Of a stretch of DNA of 64,000 nucleotides, positions 49,779-61,087 are shown one piece after another. Within the stretch, counting starts at the first letter, position 1; each line of letters opens with the position of its first letter. The stretch comes from Utricularia gibba (taxonomy: Eukaryota > Plantae > Magnoliophyta): NCBI GenBank assembly GCA_002189035.1, contig NEEC01000020.1:248001-312000 (forward strand). The letters run 5' to 3'. The notes below the pieces were generated by a model. That model was not told where the DNA came from and did not search any database. It saw only the letters and a list, made by a program, of their open reading frames with translations. Both the position numbers and the translations under genes were made by a program.

Positions 49779-50060
49779 ATGGACGGCGAGGAAGTCACCC
49801 GCCGCCGTGGGTACAAATTCTCCGGCTGCTTCGCGCCGCAGCAAGAGATCAGGGACCCGATCCTGGCCGGCAGAAGGCGGCTACGTTCCCTCCTCCGGAA
49901 AATATGGAGCTTCTGTGGGCCGCCCAAGGGGCACCATTCCTTCCGATACGACGCCGTTGGCTACTCCCAGAACTTCGACGACGGCGCTGCCCTTTCTGAC
50001 GGTGAACCTCCCCGGCCGCCGCGCCCCACTCTGCATGCAACTGCGTGGTTTCCGATGTGA
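49779..50060 (+). CDS. Small (93 aa) plant protein carrying an FRYDAVGYSQNFDDG motif; function unknown
   Basis: GC-rich ORF inside an AT-rich spacer. A basic helix (RRRLRSLLRKIW) precedes the F-x-Y-D-x-x-x-Y-x-x-N-F-D-D-G motif that recurs in many small plant proteins. Confidence 0.75.
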   Translation: MDGEEVTRRRGYKFSGCFAPQQEIRDPILAGRRRLRSLLRKIWSFCGPPKGHHSFRYDAVGYSQNFDDGAALSDGEPPRPPRPTLHATAWFPM

Positions 50061-50353
50061 GGACAGGAGGAGGTGATTTCAGTTCTGTATTTTGGAGGTA
50101 TGATATTTTTCATATTATAAAAAAAATCACAAGTTTTTTTATTTAAAATATTAAAATGACAAAAATGATGATTTTAAAAATAATGAAAATAAAATATTAT
50201 TTTTATTTGTATTATTAATAAAATGTAAAATGCATCCTAAAAGCAATTTAAAGCAAATGCGCACGGAACGCATGCTTGCGGAAGAATCGAGAAGCGACAG
50301 AACGGCTCCCGAGAGTTCAAGAAACACACAGAAACTGCTCGAGGAATGCGCCT

Positions 50354-50830
50354 TCAGGATTTATTCGCCGCCGCTCCTCCCGACGGAGACGCCATCATCT
50401 TCTTGAATTCCTCGAAATTGACGCATCCGTCGCCGTCCACATCCACGTTTAGGATCATCTTCCGGCAATCCTTCAGCGACCGCTTCTCGCCTAGGGTTCG
50501 CAGCGTGGAGTGAAGCTCCACGGCGGAGATCTTGCCGTTCTTGTCCTTATCGAACAAATCGAAGGCCTCCTTCAACTCCTTCGCCTCCGACACCCCGCCG
50601 CCTAACTGCAACTCCTTGAACTCGTGCAAATCAATGAATCCGTCGCCGTTAACATCCAGCGCCGACATTACCCCCTTCGCTTCCTCCAGAGTGGTTTTTG
50701 TTCCTAGGGAACTGAGAATCGCCATCAGATCCGTGACGGAGATCTTGCCGTCGCCGTCGCCGTCGAATTTCGTGAACACCTCTTCCAATTCTCCCGTCGA
50801 AACCTTCGCCGGATTCGCAGTTTCTTCCAT
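50354..50830 (-). CDS. Calmodulin-like calcium sensor (CML23/24/27 clade), four EF-hands, intronless
   Basis: EF loops DGDGDGKISVTD, DVNGDGFIDLHE, DKDKNGKISAVE, DVDGDGCVNFEE. Confidence 0.93.
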   Translation of the reverse strand: MEETANPAKVSTGELEEVFTKFDGDGDGKISVTDLMAILSSLGTKTTLEEAKGVMSALDVNGDGFIDLHEFKELQLGGGVSEAKELKEAFDLFDKDKNGKISAVELHSTLRTLGEKRSLKDCRKMILNVDVDGDGCVNFEEFKKMMASPSGGAAANKS

Positions 50831-51353
50831 CTCACAAGACTTCGCTTCCCAACAGCCAGGAACGGGGAATGGCAACGGGCACGCGCTTCGGTACCCGGTA
50901 TCTGAATTTTTATTTATTTTTTAAAACGCGCATTCATTTTTTCTTACTTCTTTTAAAAGTAAGGAATCAAAAGAAAAGACAACTTTGTTCACACGCATTG
51001 CATGTCATCGATGGCGTATATAATTTTTTAATGGAGATTGCGTATTAAATTATTCCTTTTCATTGTTATGGAATATGATTTATTTACTCATGATATTTAT
51101 GAAAATAATTTTTAATTATTAAAAAATTCTAAAGTAGAAAAATGACTAGTAAATTATTAATGATATTAATAATTATTTACTCATAGAAGATCTATTAGAT
51201 TCTACTCTTTCTGAATTCATGATACTTTTGAAATAAGAATTACTCACAAATCCTTTTAGAACCATTTTTTGAAGGTATAAACTAGGGATAAAAATGGTGG
51301 AATGTGGAGATCCTTTCTCAAAGAAGGCACTCCACCCCAACTGAAGCAGCCGG

Positions 51354-52040
51354 CTATCCTGTACAAGCTTTTGCACAGCAACTGAAGCAGCGGAAGATGC
51401 TCCTCCTGGCCTGTAACAGGGATCACATATAATCAACACACAGCTTCCAGTCTCATTGTCCTCTGTAAGGCTCAGTTAACCAGCCTAAACTTCAAGTTCT
51501 TAGAAGAGAATTCAGTTGCAATATATGTGATATGTGTGTATCATCACAGGAAATACTGGTATTAGGTAGCATGGAGTCTGATTGATGTTCATGGATTCAA
51601 CCCCATGATCAGTAGTATGGGTGACGTAAGGTGATTGAAAGGTTAAAGTGAAGCTTACTGGAGGACTGTGGGGGGCTCCATGGTAAGTGTGCTGAGGATT
51701 GTGGATGGTGGTTGAGGTGGTTGCATTGGAACCAACGAGCTCTTCCTCGTTTCCAAGACTGGCTCGGGAAGGGTCCCTCTTGCTCTGCTTTCTGGTCTCT
51801 CGGATTTTGGAGAAATCCATGGAATAGTTGGGGATCTCCCCCTTCAGCTCCCAGTCCCCAAACTGAGGTACAGATAGCCATGGCTCCACCTTCTGATCCT
51901 ATAAGAGACAACCCACTGTGAAATCAATCAAGGGGCTACTTCTTGTTCGAAAGCAGGATCCATTCCCAAGGTATTTTTATTCAGTGATTCCCTCAAAAAG
52001 TGAAAAGCCCAGAAAACTTTACCTCCCTGCGAACTTCCAT
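51354..52040 (-). CDS. NOI/RIN4-family protein with an AvrRpt2-cleavage-type motif; exons 52040-52023, 51898-51659, 51410-51354
   Basis: Spliced product MEVRRE|DQKVEPWLSVPQFGDWE..PNYSMDFSKIRE..ASLGNEEEL..|ARRSIFRCFSCCAKACTG*. Contains the VPxFGxW motif and a C-terminal Cys cluster typical of S-acylation. Confidence 0.88.
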
Positions 52041-53648
52041 CTTCTGAATGATTTTTCTTTCTCGTCCCTGAACCCCAGAAAGTCAGCTGGCTCTTCGCGT
52101 TTCCAGAAGGCGGCGTAGTGGGTCAAAAACCTGCAACCTTCAGTTAACACCAAGGTGCGTTGAAGAAATAAGGAAAGGTGGGGTTTTTCTTTTCGTGGGG
52201 TGTGACGTTGCTCTGTAGGCTGCAAACGAAGAATGATGACGATCAACACGGGAGACCATGAAGATCCCGGACAAACCGCCCTACCGCGTATGGACACGGG
52301 GACACAGCTCAGGGCGGCCCTCACCATTCTATTTTCTCAGGAAAAAAGAAGCAATCTTGACTTAGACAAGTTGCATACCATGAAGATATCACACTCAGCC
52401 TTGTAAAGTTCAGCTTTCCAAACAAGCTAAAAGGTGACAAGACTCAGAACAAAGAATGGAGTTGTCTACACTGCACTGCACAGCGCCTCCTCAACCAACT
52501 GTCCTCCCAGGTGAAGTTGTTTCTAAGTATCATATGCAGCAAGCATACCATCTAAACGTTTAAATCCCTACGCTTAGATCATACACTTGTGCTGTTTGCA
52601 GAGCTTGGAAATGCAAACCGTGTCATTGCGGACATGGGCTGCTGCGGGTAGAGTCTGGGTGGTGGTCTCAGGGTGCGCTGAGCAGGAAGAGGAGGTAACA
52701 AATTGTACTTGAGCTGATCTCCAAAGCTGAAAACAGGTTGGAGTCTCTATACCTTGTTGCTGCTGGTAATGCTCATCTATAGTGGTACCTTGTGTTCCTG
52801 TGCCGGGTAACTCTTCTGGGAAGTACCTCCGCTTGATCAACAGCAGGCGAAAAGCAACTCAGGTATGCAGTAGCTATGGGAGCAATCCATTCACTGAATA
52901 GCAAGTAAAATGCATAGAATTCGATGAAACTTCATGATTGCTTCCTTGTCATATCTCCCTCCCTTCCTTGGCAGCCTGAATATACCATTCAAGATACTGA
53001 CCATTGTCTAGGACAGGATCATATACCAGCTCAGTGAGGAGCTGCATGGACGAGATTTCCACTGCTCCCTCTTATCATATCTATGGAAGAGGAATGCAAC
53101 TTTTTGCGTTGGGTGAGCAATTGAAGAAGTTTTCACGATGAGATGAGCCAGGGAAGTGTTCCTACACCTGAATCAGGCATTCCATCTCAGGGGCTACCAT
53201 GAGCACAGATGCTGGAAGCTCTTAGACATAACCAAACAAGCATGAAAGCAGCCAGCTCAAAGTGAGCCCATGAAACAGAACTCATCAAGATGAACAGCGT
53301 TACCAAAACAAGGGAAAATCATTAGGCTTCCTGAGTCCCAACAACAAGGACTCTTATCTGCCCAACAGGGGAACACAGCCATTGATGAATTTAATTAAAA
53401 ATTTGGTCATGTGTTAAATATTTTGTGAGAAAAATGATTAATCATAATGTAAATATTTTAATTTAATGTGTGAGATTGTACTGATACCTAGTATAAGGAA
53501 AACAAGTTTTGAAAATATGAGTGATTGTTTTAAAATACGCATTAATTAAATCTTAAACAATTATTATCCTGTTGAAAAATCTTCACGTTAAGACAACGCA
53601 GCTTTCAAATGTATGAATTCATTGATGACTTTTTGAAAGGCGAATGTA

Positions 53649-54341
53649 TCAGGAAGAAGATGAATATCGCTCGCCGGCGCCACCGCCGTCCTCCGGCCAG
53701 ATGTCCGAGATGTCAGGCGGTTGCGGGGGATAAAACTTGGGGATCGGCGATGCGGCGGCATCCTCCGGCGAACTGTACATGCTGAAATGAAACTGTGCGG
53801 GCTCGTCACTATGGATAGCCGGAGAAGGGTGTTCATGGCTTCCTGGGAGATGACCGGGCTGCGGGAGTCCGTCCAGAAGCTTCACATTCTCCGGGAAGTT
53901 GAGCTTGGCCTTGCAACCGCGGTACCTGAGAGCCTGCATGTCGTAAGCCATAGCTGCCGCCTCCGACGTGTCGAAAGTGCCCAGCCAAACCCTGGCCGCC
54001 TTGTGTGGGTCCCTTATCTCCGCCGCCCATTTCCCCACGGCCGTTTTCTCACCCCCCTGTACCTCCTCCCCGCCGCCTCCGTAGTGAACCCCGCGGTCCC
54101 GGCGTACCTGAACACCGTCGATTCCGCCGACCGTATTACCGTCGATTCCCCCTCCTCCCCTCCTCCTCCTCCCGCCCTCTTTTGCAAGGAGTGGAAAATC
54201 CACCGGCAGCCGGGGTGCTCGACTCCCCGGCCACCACCCGCGCCAACGCCGATACCATTGCAGTCATCTCTTGATCCCTTCCCACCCCAGGAATCAAAGA
54301 ATCTTCTCCTCCCCCGGATTCGCCACCTTCCACAATCCAAT
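53649..54341 (-). CDS. ABR1: AP2/ERF group X transcription factor, ABR1/ERF111-like; split across frames by 2-3 single-base losses
   Basis: Frame pieces: [87 protein letters not shown]. The order matches Arabidopsis ABR1. Confidence 0.85.
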
Positions 54342-54679
54342 CTATCCTCCCCACCAAACCTGCAACAAACAAGACAACCTCCGTATCCCCTTCATTTCAT
54401 CATACCATTTATTTTCCCCATTGTTGGTGTCTATTATAGACACATTGATTTCATAACACCATTCAATGATAATGAAATCATATTTAAATATAAATTTTCT
54501 ATGATAACCATTGAATTAAATTGATTATTAAACCATTTTGAAACCCTAATCACCCCTTCAAGTGATTCATTGTTTTTTTATCATTTAAAATCTTAGAGCG
54601 AAGGGCTTCTAGAAGAAGAATCAGCCTTGCCGGAATAATCAACCGGAGGTGGGGGCCCATATGGCGGTGGTGAGAGCTC

Positions 54680-55215
54680 CGTTGACCCGACCCAGTCTTT
54701 GATCTGGTTTATTTCGGTCCGGTTTTCATATTTTATTCATATATTATACATATTTTAAATTTCATTTGAATTTTATTTTTAGATAAATTTGAAACGGTCT
54801 GTGTTTTAAAATCATTAATTAAATTCGAATTTATAAATAAATGATTCGATCTATTTAAAGAAAATAATTTTTATTTTTAAATATTTTAATTTACACCTCA
54901 TAATTCACGTATTTCTTTTCATTTCTCATTTAAAACTCATATTTATGAAAATCATTTGGTAGCGATCCCTAGATCGCCATGGGCTATTACTTGACCCGGC
55001 CCGGCGCGGCCCGTGTCCACCTTGTATTTTTAAAATTTTTTTAGTATTTTAAGATATATTTTTTCTGAAAAAATAATCTAAATATTTTAAAAAATTAAAA
55101 TGAAACTATTTAAAGAGACGGGTCCCAGGAGCAGTTCCTTTGCTTGTGTTCGGAATTTCCTTGTTCAAAGCAGGGGTCAGAGTCGGACCACACTTGTGCC
55201 TGAATTTCAGGTCAA
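54680..55215. promoter_or_regulatory. Putative W-boxes upstream of the ABR1-like gene
   Basis: TTGACC at 54682-54687 and 54991-54996; GGTCAA at 55210-55215; all lie in GC-richer patches of an AT-rich spacer. Confidence 0.35.
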
Positions 55216-56640
55216 TTTATTTTATATTTTTATATAATTATAATATAAATATTAATTATATACATTAAAAATATTTATTTTTGGAAATATAACAATAATA
55301 AATAAAAGAACTAAAAATAAAAAAAAACTTATGAAGGATAAAAGTTTTAATAAATATAATTAAGTACAAATGTTTTGTAAATTATATTCATATTGAATAA
55401 CTTGTTTATCAAATGCACATAGTTTGCAACATATACATTGAAAATGCATCGAATTTACGATATTAATATGAACCTAATTATAAAATTTGAGAGGTATTTA
55501 TTGTATTTAATTTTTCAAAATATTTAATAGACTACTTATTCAATTTTATCAATTTAAATAGTCAAATATATATTGATTAATTATATTTACCTCCATTGAT
55601 AATAAAAATAAATAAAATATTTGAATTTTGAACGCCAATGGTAAAAATGGGAAACTTCTTCACCTTTCCAATCATCTGATTTATTTATTTTTTATAGCGC
55701 GAAAATCGATGAATAATTTAATAAATTCGTACGGAAAAACACACTTTATACCGTTTTTTTCTCATTTTAAGAATAATTTTAATTTTTAGTTATTAGTATC
55801 ACATCAAATAATCCTATGTTTGATTTGCTAATTTTTGTATCCATAAAAAAATCATTTGCTGGAATAAACATTATTTATAAAAAGTTGTTTAAAAAAAGTG
55901 ATATATTTAGAAAATTTTTAATATTATTTTTTGTGTTTTTTGTAGATTAATTTGTTCTTGTGTATTGATTCCATACCACTATTTTTAAAACTGTAATAAT
56001 TAATTCTGATTAAATTGTTTTCTATTATGTGTTTATATAGAGAAACTTTTTATAATCTTGTATAACACTTTTTTATGGAAGAATATAATGTAAATTTTTG
56101 AGGATTGGATGTTCAAATGAGACATGCAAATAGTGGTTCGTTATATTTGATATTAGAATCAAATCTAAATATATAATTGGTACTAGGGTAAATATCATTG
56201 AGAATGCTAAGTTTTAAAGAAAGTCAAAAGTAACTAACCTAAGTAAATATATAAAGAATTTAGATGAATTTCACATCAATTACAAATGAGATAAATATAA
56301 AATTTATGTAAAAAGATATTATTTAATTTTGTATGAATTCTTTACTCATCATTGAATAAGATAAGTATGTAAATATTTAATATCCAAAATAAAGAATATC
56401 GAAAGAGTGAATCGTTACATTAATCCAAATGTTTTGAAGACAGTTTTATGAACATAACTCAAATTTTCGACTCGAAGTCGATGCTGTAAACCCTATTAAT
56501 TTCCCTATTTTAATTAATAGGCATTTGTTCATCTTCTTTGCTGTATAAGTATAAGACGTTGATTCCTCTCCTCCCTCCGCCGTCTAGCGTCGGGAAACCA
56601 GACGCATTTCACGCACAAACTCAGGTTCCCTTCTTCTTCG

Positions 56641-57167
56641 ATGGCGTTGCAATCCCTCTTTCATGGCTTCTGCTCCGTCAGGAAGATTTTCCGTGCAGTC
56701 GAGGCTCTGCTGGCGCTGCTTTTTATCACCTGGGCGTACCCCGGCTCCCCTCCGGCGACCACTTCCGCCGCGTGCTCGCCGTCGTGTTCAGCCACCTGTT
56801 CGCTTTTCTGGTCGGGAATATCATTGTCCTGACTCTCTTCTGTCACTCCCGCTCCCGCTCCCGCTCCCGCCCCCCACTGCCGCCCCCAGACTTCCTGTTG
56901 CAGCCGGCACCGGCAGTGTTCCAGGATAAGGAAACCATTTTTGAGGAGAAGAGCGTGGGGGTGATGTCCGGGCCGGAGAATTCGGAGGCGGTGGAGACCG
57001 CGGTGGAGACGGGGAGGGTCGAGGAGGAGGAGGAGGAGGAGGAGGAGATGGAAGTGATCGAAACGGTGCCGTTTTTTGAGAAGCTCAGTAGCGAGGAGTT
57101 CCAGAGAGCCATCGAGGCGTTCATCGAGAAGCAAACAAAATTTCATCATCAAGAGAAATTACAATAA
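56641..57167 (+). CDS. Small two-TM plant protein with a C-terminal LSSEEFQRAIEAFIEKQ motif (DUF4408/At5g66440-like); apparent -1 frameshift at 56739-56742
   Basis: MALQSLF..RKIFRAVEALLALLFITWAYP (one frame) continues as RLPSGDHFRRVLAVVFSHLFAFLVGNIIVLTLF..EKLSSEEFQRAIEAFIEKQTKF (another frame). Confidence 0.75.
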
Positions 57168-57558
57168 ATTATGAAATAAATATTTTTCAATCGTATTTTT
57201 TAATACTTTTTAAAATATTTTTTCATTTTATTTTAAATATATATTTATGAAACTTATGTATAATTTTTTTATTTATATGTTTATTATTAAGTAATTAAAT
57301 TATTCTATAATATACATGTTTTTAGATATCTAATTGATATTTATTAAGAATAAAATTTTTTAGGAAAATGCATCGGTATATGAAATTAAATTAATATAAA
57401 AACGAACATAATTTAAAACCTGTCTAATTAATTAATTCACCTGAAAAAAAAAATGAAAGTCAAACCACGTGTCATGGTGATGATGGTGATCTCCAGCGAG
57501 AGCACTGCAACAGGTGAACGGTCGATTGCAACCGGCGAAATCCAGGGGATCCGACGAA

Positions 57559-60500
57559 ATGGCGGTTAAGGGAGGTGACGATCTGCAGGTTTTCTGCGTT
57601 GGAACTGCGGATACGAAGCTTCAGGAGATTCGGTTTCTTGCGAACGCGGTTCGGTCAAATCTTCGATGTTTTTCGCCCACTTTTTCGCGAAAGGTTTTGT
57701 TTTTTCTTACCCCATTTTCGATTGTCCACATTCACCCACTACCCGCATTCGCTTTTTTTTGAACAATGGAAAAACCCATAGATCCACTGATGTGTGTTTT
57801 TGTTTGGAACATTTCAACAGCATGAAATTGAGCCCTTTTCCCCACTTGTATGTGTTGTTTGGGTCATATCATCTAAGTGACGGCCCACAGTGTTCATTAC
57901 CCTGGTCTTTAGGTTTCTTTGAAATTGTTACTGTGAGGAGATAGCAGAGCTCTTGAGGTTGAAAAACATGTTTTTGGGAGTTTTAATCATATGGTTGTGT
58001 TCACCATTAGGTAGTTGTGACTGTGGTAGATGTATCTACTGGGGAGAAGCATATTGAAAGCTGTGATGATTTCAATTTTGTGTCAAGAGAAGTTATTCTT
58101 TCGTGCCATGATCAATGTGCACGGCGCCCAGACGATAGAGGAAGTGCTATTGCTGTTATGTCGGAAGCTCTTGGGAGCTTCCTGAAAAGAGTTCATGGGA
58201 ACGGAGGCCTTTCTGGAGTAATAGGACTTGGGGGAAGTGGAGGGACTTCACTGTTGTCATCTCCCTTTCGATGCATTCCGATCGGAATCCCAAAGATGAT
58301 CGTTTCCACGGTTGCTAGTGGTCATACTGAGCCATATATTGGAACATCTGATTTGGTGTTGTTTCCATCAATTGTGGATATCTGTGGAATCAACAATGTA
58401 AGTAGAATCATATTGTGCAATGCTGCCTCAGCATTTTCTGGAATGGTGCTTGGACGACTCGAGATGTCGAAAGCGTCAGCTGCTGCTAGTGAAAAAGGCA
58501 CAGTCGGTATTACCATGTTTGGGGTGACCACTCCTTGTGTCAACCTTGTTAAAGACAAACTGGCTCAAGAAGGCTACGAAGCATTGGTTTTCCATGCCAC
58601 TGGGGTTGGAGGGAGGGCTATGGAGGATCTTGTCAGAGGAGGCTTTATACAGGTCAGGTTTCTATTCTCAACCAGTATCCAGCTGCATCATGCTGCATGC
58701 CAACTTATTCGAGCTTTAAGATCATTGCACTTAAAACTTGAATCTGATCTCTGAATTATATACAGAGTGTCATTCCTTTGCTCATGAGCATTAGTCTGCT
58801 TTTAGGGTGTCATTGACATCACAACAACTGAGGTTGCTGACTACATAGTTGGAGGAACAATGGCATGCGACAGTTCCCGGTTTGATGCTGCATTCGAAAG
58901 AAATATACCCGTAGTTCTCAGTGTTGGAGCACTGGATATGGTGAACTTTGGACCCCTAGACACCATATCCTCAGACTATCAACACAGAAAATTTCATGTG
59001 CACAATCAACAGGTGAAACTTTTATCTAGACCATAACTTCCAAGAATACTGAAGTTTACAACCGGGAAATATTCTTGTTCTGTGGTGTCATTTAGCCTCC
59101 TTGATAGCATGCAGTTGAGTCACACTTATGATGCACTGAGAACTTTGTGGCTCTATTGTACAAGGGATGATACAAGATGTTCTGTTATTTAGGTTACTCT
59201 AATGCGAACCACAGTCGACGAGAACAAGAAGTTTGCTGCATTCTTAGCTGATAAAGTAAACAAGGCGTCGTCCAGTGTTTGCATCTGCCTTCCAACAAAA
59301 GGTGTATCTGCACTAGACGCCCCTGGTCAATCTTTCTATGATCCAGCTGCTACTGGTGCGCTTGTGGATGAGTTACAGAGGCTCATTGTGAGCAGTGAAA
59401 AGCATCAGGTTCAATCTCCTTTCTTCTTCTATAACACCATGTTTGTGTTCCCTGGAATTTTCCATTTCTTGGTGTTGTACTTAGTGACTGGATACATTTC
59501 TCTTGGTAGGTGAAAGTTCTTCCTTATCATATTAACGATCCCGAGTTTGCGAGTGCGATCATGCAGTCGTTTTTCGAGATGATGGCAAAGCCAGGTGATG
59601 CAGCTCGTGTATCTGTTCATGAAACTGCCAAAGCTTCTCTGAGTGAAGCTCCTTCTCCAAAAACTGCAAGCCCCTCTTACAGCTTAAGCAACTTCCCTGA
59701 TGCAAAACCTGGTATGACTGCATATTCCCATCCTGATCAATTTTTGCTACTTGTCAAAAGAGAAGAAATGAAGTGGTTTTCTCTACAGAAACATTGCAAC
59801 GGACTCAGAAAATCCTACAGCAACTGAAACACCAGATACAAGAGGGTAAGCCAATTATCGGCGGCGGTGCGGGGACCGGCATATCGGCGAAGTTTGAAGA
59901 AGCTGGTGGTGTTGATCTGATTGTGGTGTATAACTCAGGGAGGTTTAGGATGGCAGGGAGAGGGTCCTTGGCTGGTTTACTGCCCTTTGCTGATGCTAAT
60001 GCCATAGTTCTTGACATGGCCAATGAAGTCTTGCCTGTTAGTCTTCTGTTCTATTCATCCAATTCCTCAGAAACATTCAACCCATTGTCTTCCTCAAAGG
60101 ATCTGTTGGGGATTCATTAGGTAGTGAAGGAAGCCCCTGTTCTTGCCGGAGTCTGTGCGACGGATCCGTTCCGGAGGATGGGCTTCTTTCTGAAGCAGTT
60201 GGAGTCTGTAGGATTTTCCGGTGTGCAGAACTTCCCAACTGTTGGACTGTTTGATGGCAATTTCAGACAGAATCTTGAAGAGACTGGAATGGGATTCAGG
60301 TACTCATCTTAAGAAGACTTAGTCAAGAAAATAGCAGCTGTGACTCCTCTCTGTGTTCTGGTTTTCAGTTTAGAAGTTGAGATGATTGCACAGGCACACA
60401 GAATGGGTCTCTTGACCACCCCATACGCTTTTAACCCAGAGGAAGCAGCAGCCATGTCAAAAGCAGGTGCTGATATAATCGTGGCTCACATGGGGCTCAC

Positions 60501-60848
60501 GACATCCGGTTCCATCGGAGCACAGACGGCTCTCTCGCTCGACGAAAGCGTGAGGCTGGTGCAAGATATTGCAGATGCTGCTCATGGGATCAATCCTGGT
60601 GCCATTGTGCTATGTCACGGAGGTAACAAAATGCACACAACTGCAACTTGTACCCCAGAAAAAGCAAGCAGCTAGTGATTATGTATCTTGTCACAGGGCC
60701 AATATCTGAACCCAAGGATGCAGAATATGTCCTGAAGAGAACATCAGGTGTTCATGGTTTCTACGGTGCTTCGAGCTTGGAGAGGCTCCCAGTCGAACAA
60801 GCAATAAAAGCTACGGTTCATCACTATAAATCAATCTCCTTGTATTAA
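57559..60848 (+). CDS. Tm-1-like protein (UPF0261 domain + TIM-barrel domain; At5g66420-like)
   Basis: [132 protein letters not shown]. Confidence 0.95.
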
Positions 60849-61087
60849 GCTTCATACCCGACACAGTACAATGCTCGGGGGAGCTTCTTGTAAACAGTCA
60901 ATACAGATCTTGGTGTCTTGGAACATCCTTTCTATGCCACAAGTTTTTAGAATTGACAAAGTAGTGTTGCTCTCAGACGCCTGTTGATGAAAGCACATTG
61001 GTAGCTATTGTAAGGGTATGCCCACAACACAAGAGTAAATCATGGGAAAACCTACCATCAAATAAGAGGCGGGGATTCCCATGATAC

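Noticed and set aside
50354-54341. CML, NOI and ABR1 as a functional defence gene cluster
   Set aside because: Unrelated families in a generally dense region; nothing in the sequence shows shared regulation.
20289-54524. Many long antisense or alternative-frame ORFs over GC-rich genes (e.g. 20289-20970, 23464-24078, 41631-42824, 53721-54524)
   Set aside because: Expected by-product of high GC3 codon usage; no recognisable domains.
56608-56622. 15-nt identity to mature miR403 (TTCACGCACAAACTC); a 14-nt match also occurs near 20125
   Set aside because: The 5' seed end does not match and there is no complementary star arm nearby; the second match lies in F-box coding sequence. Treated as chance.
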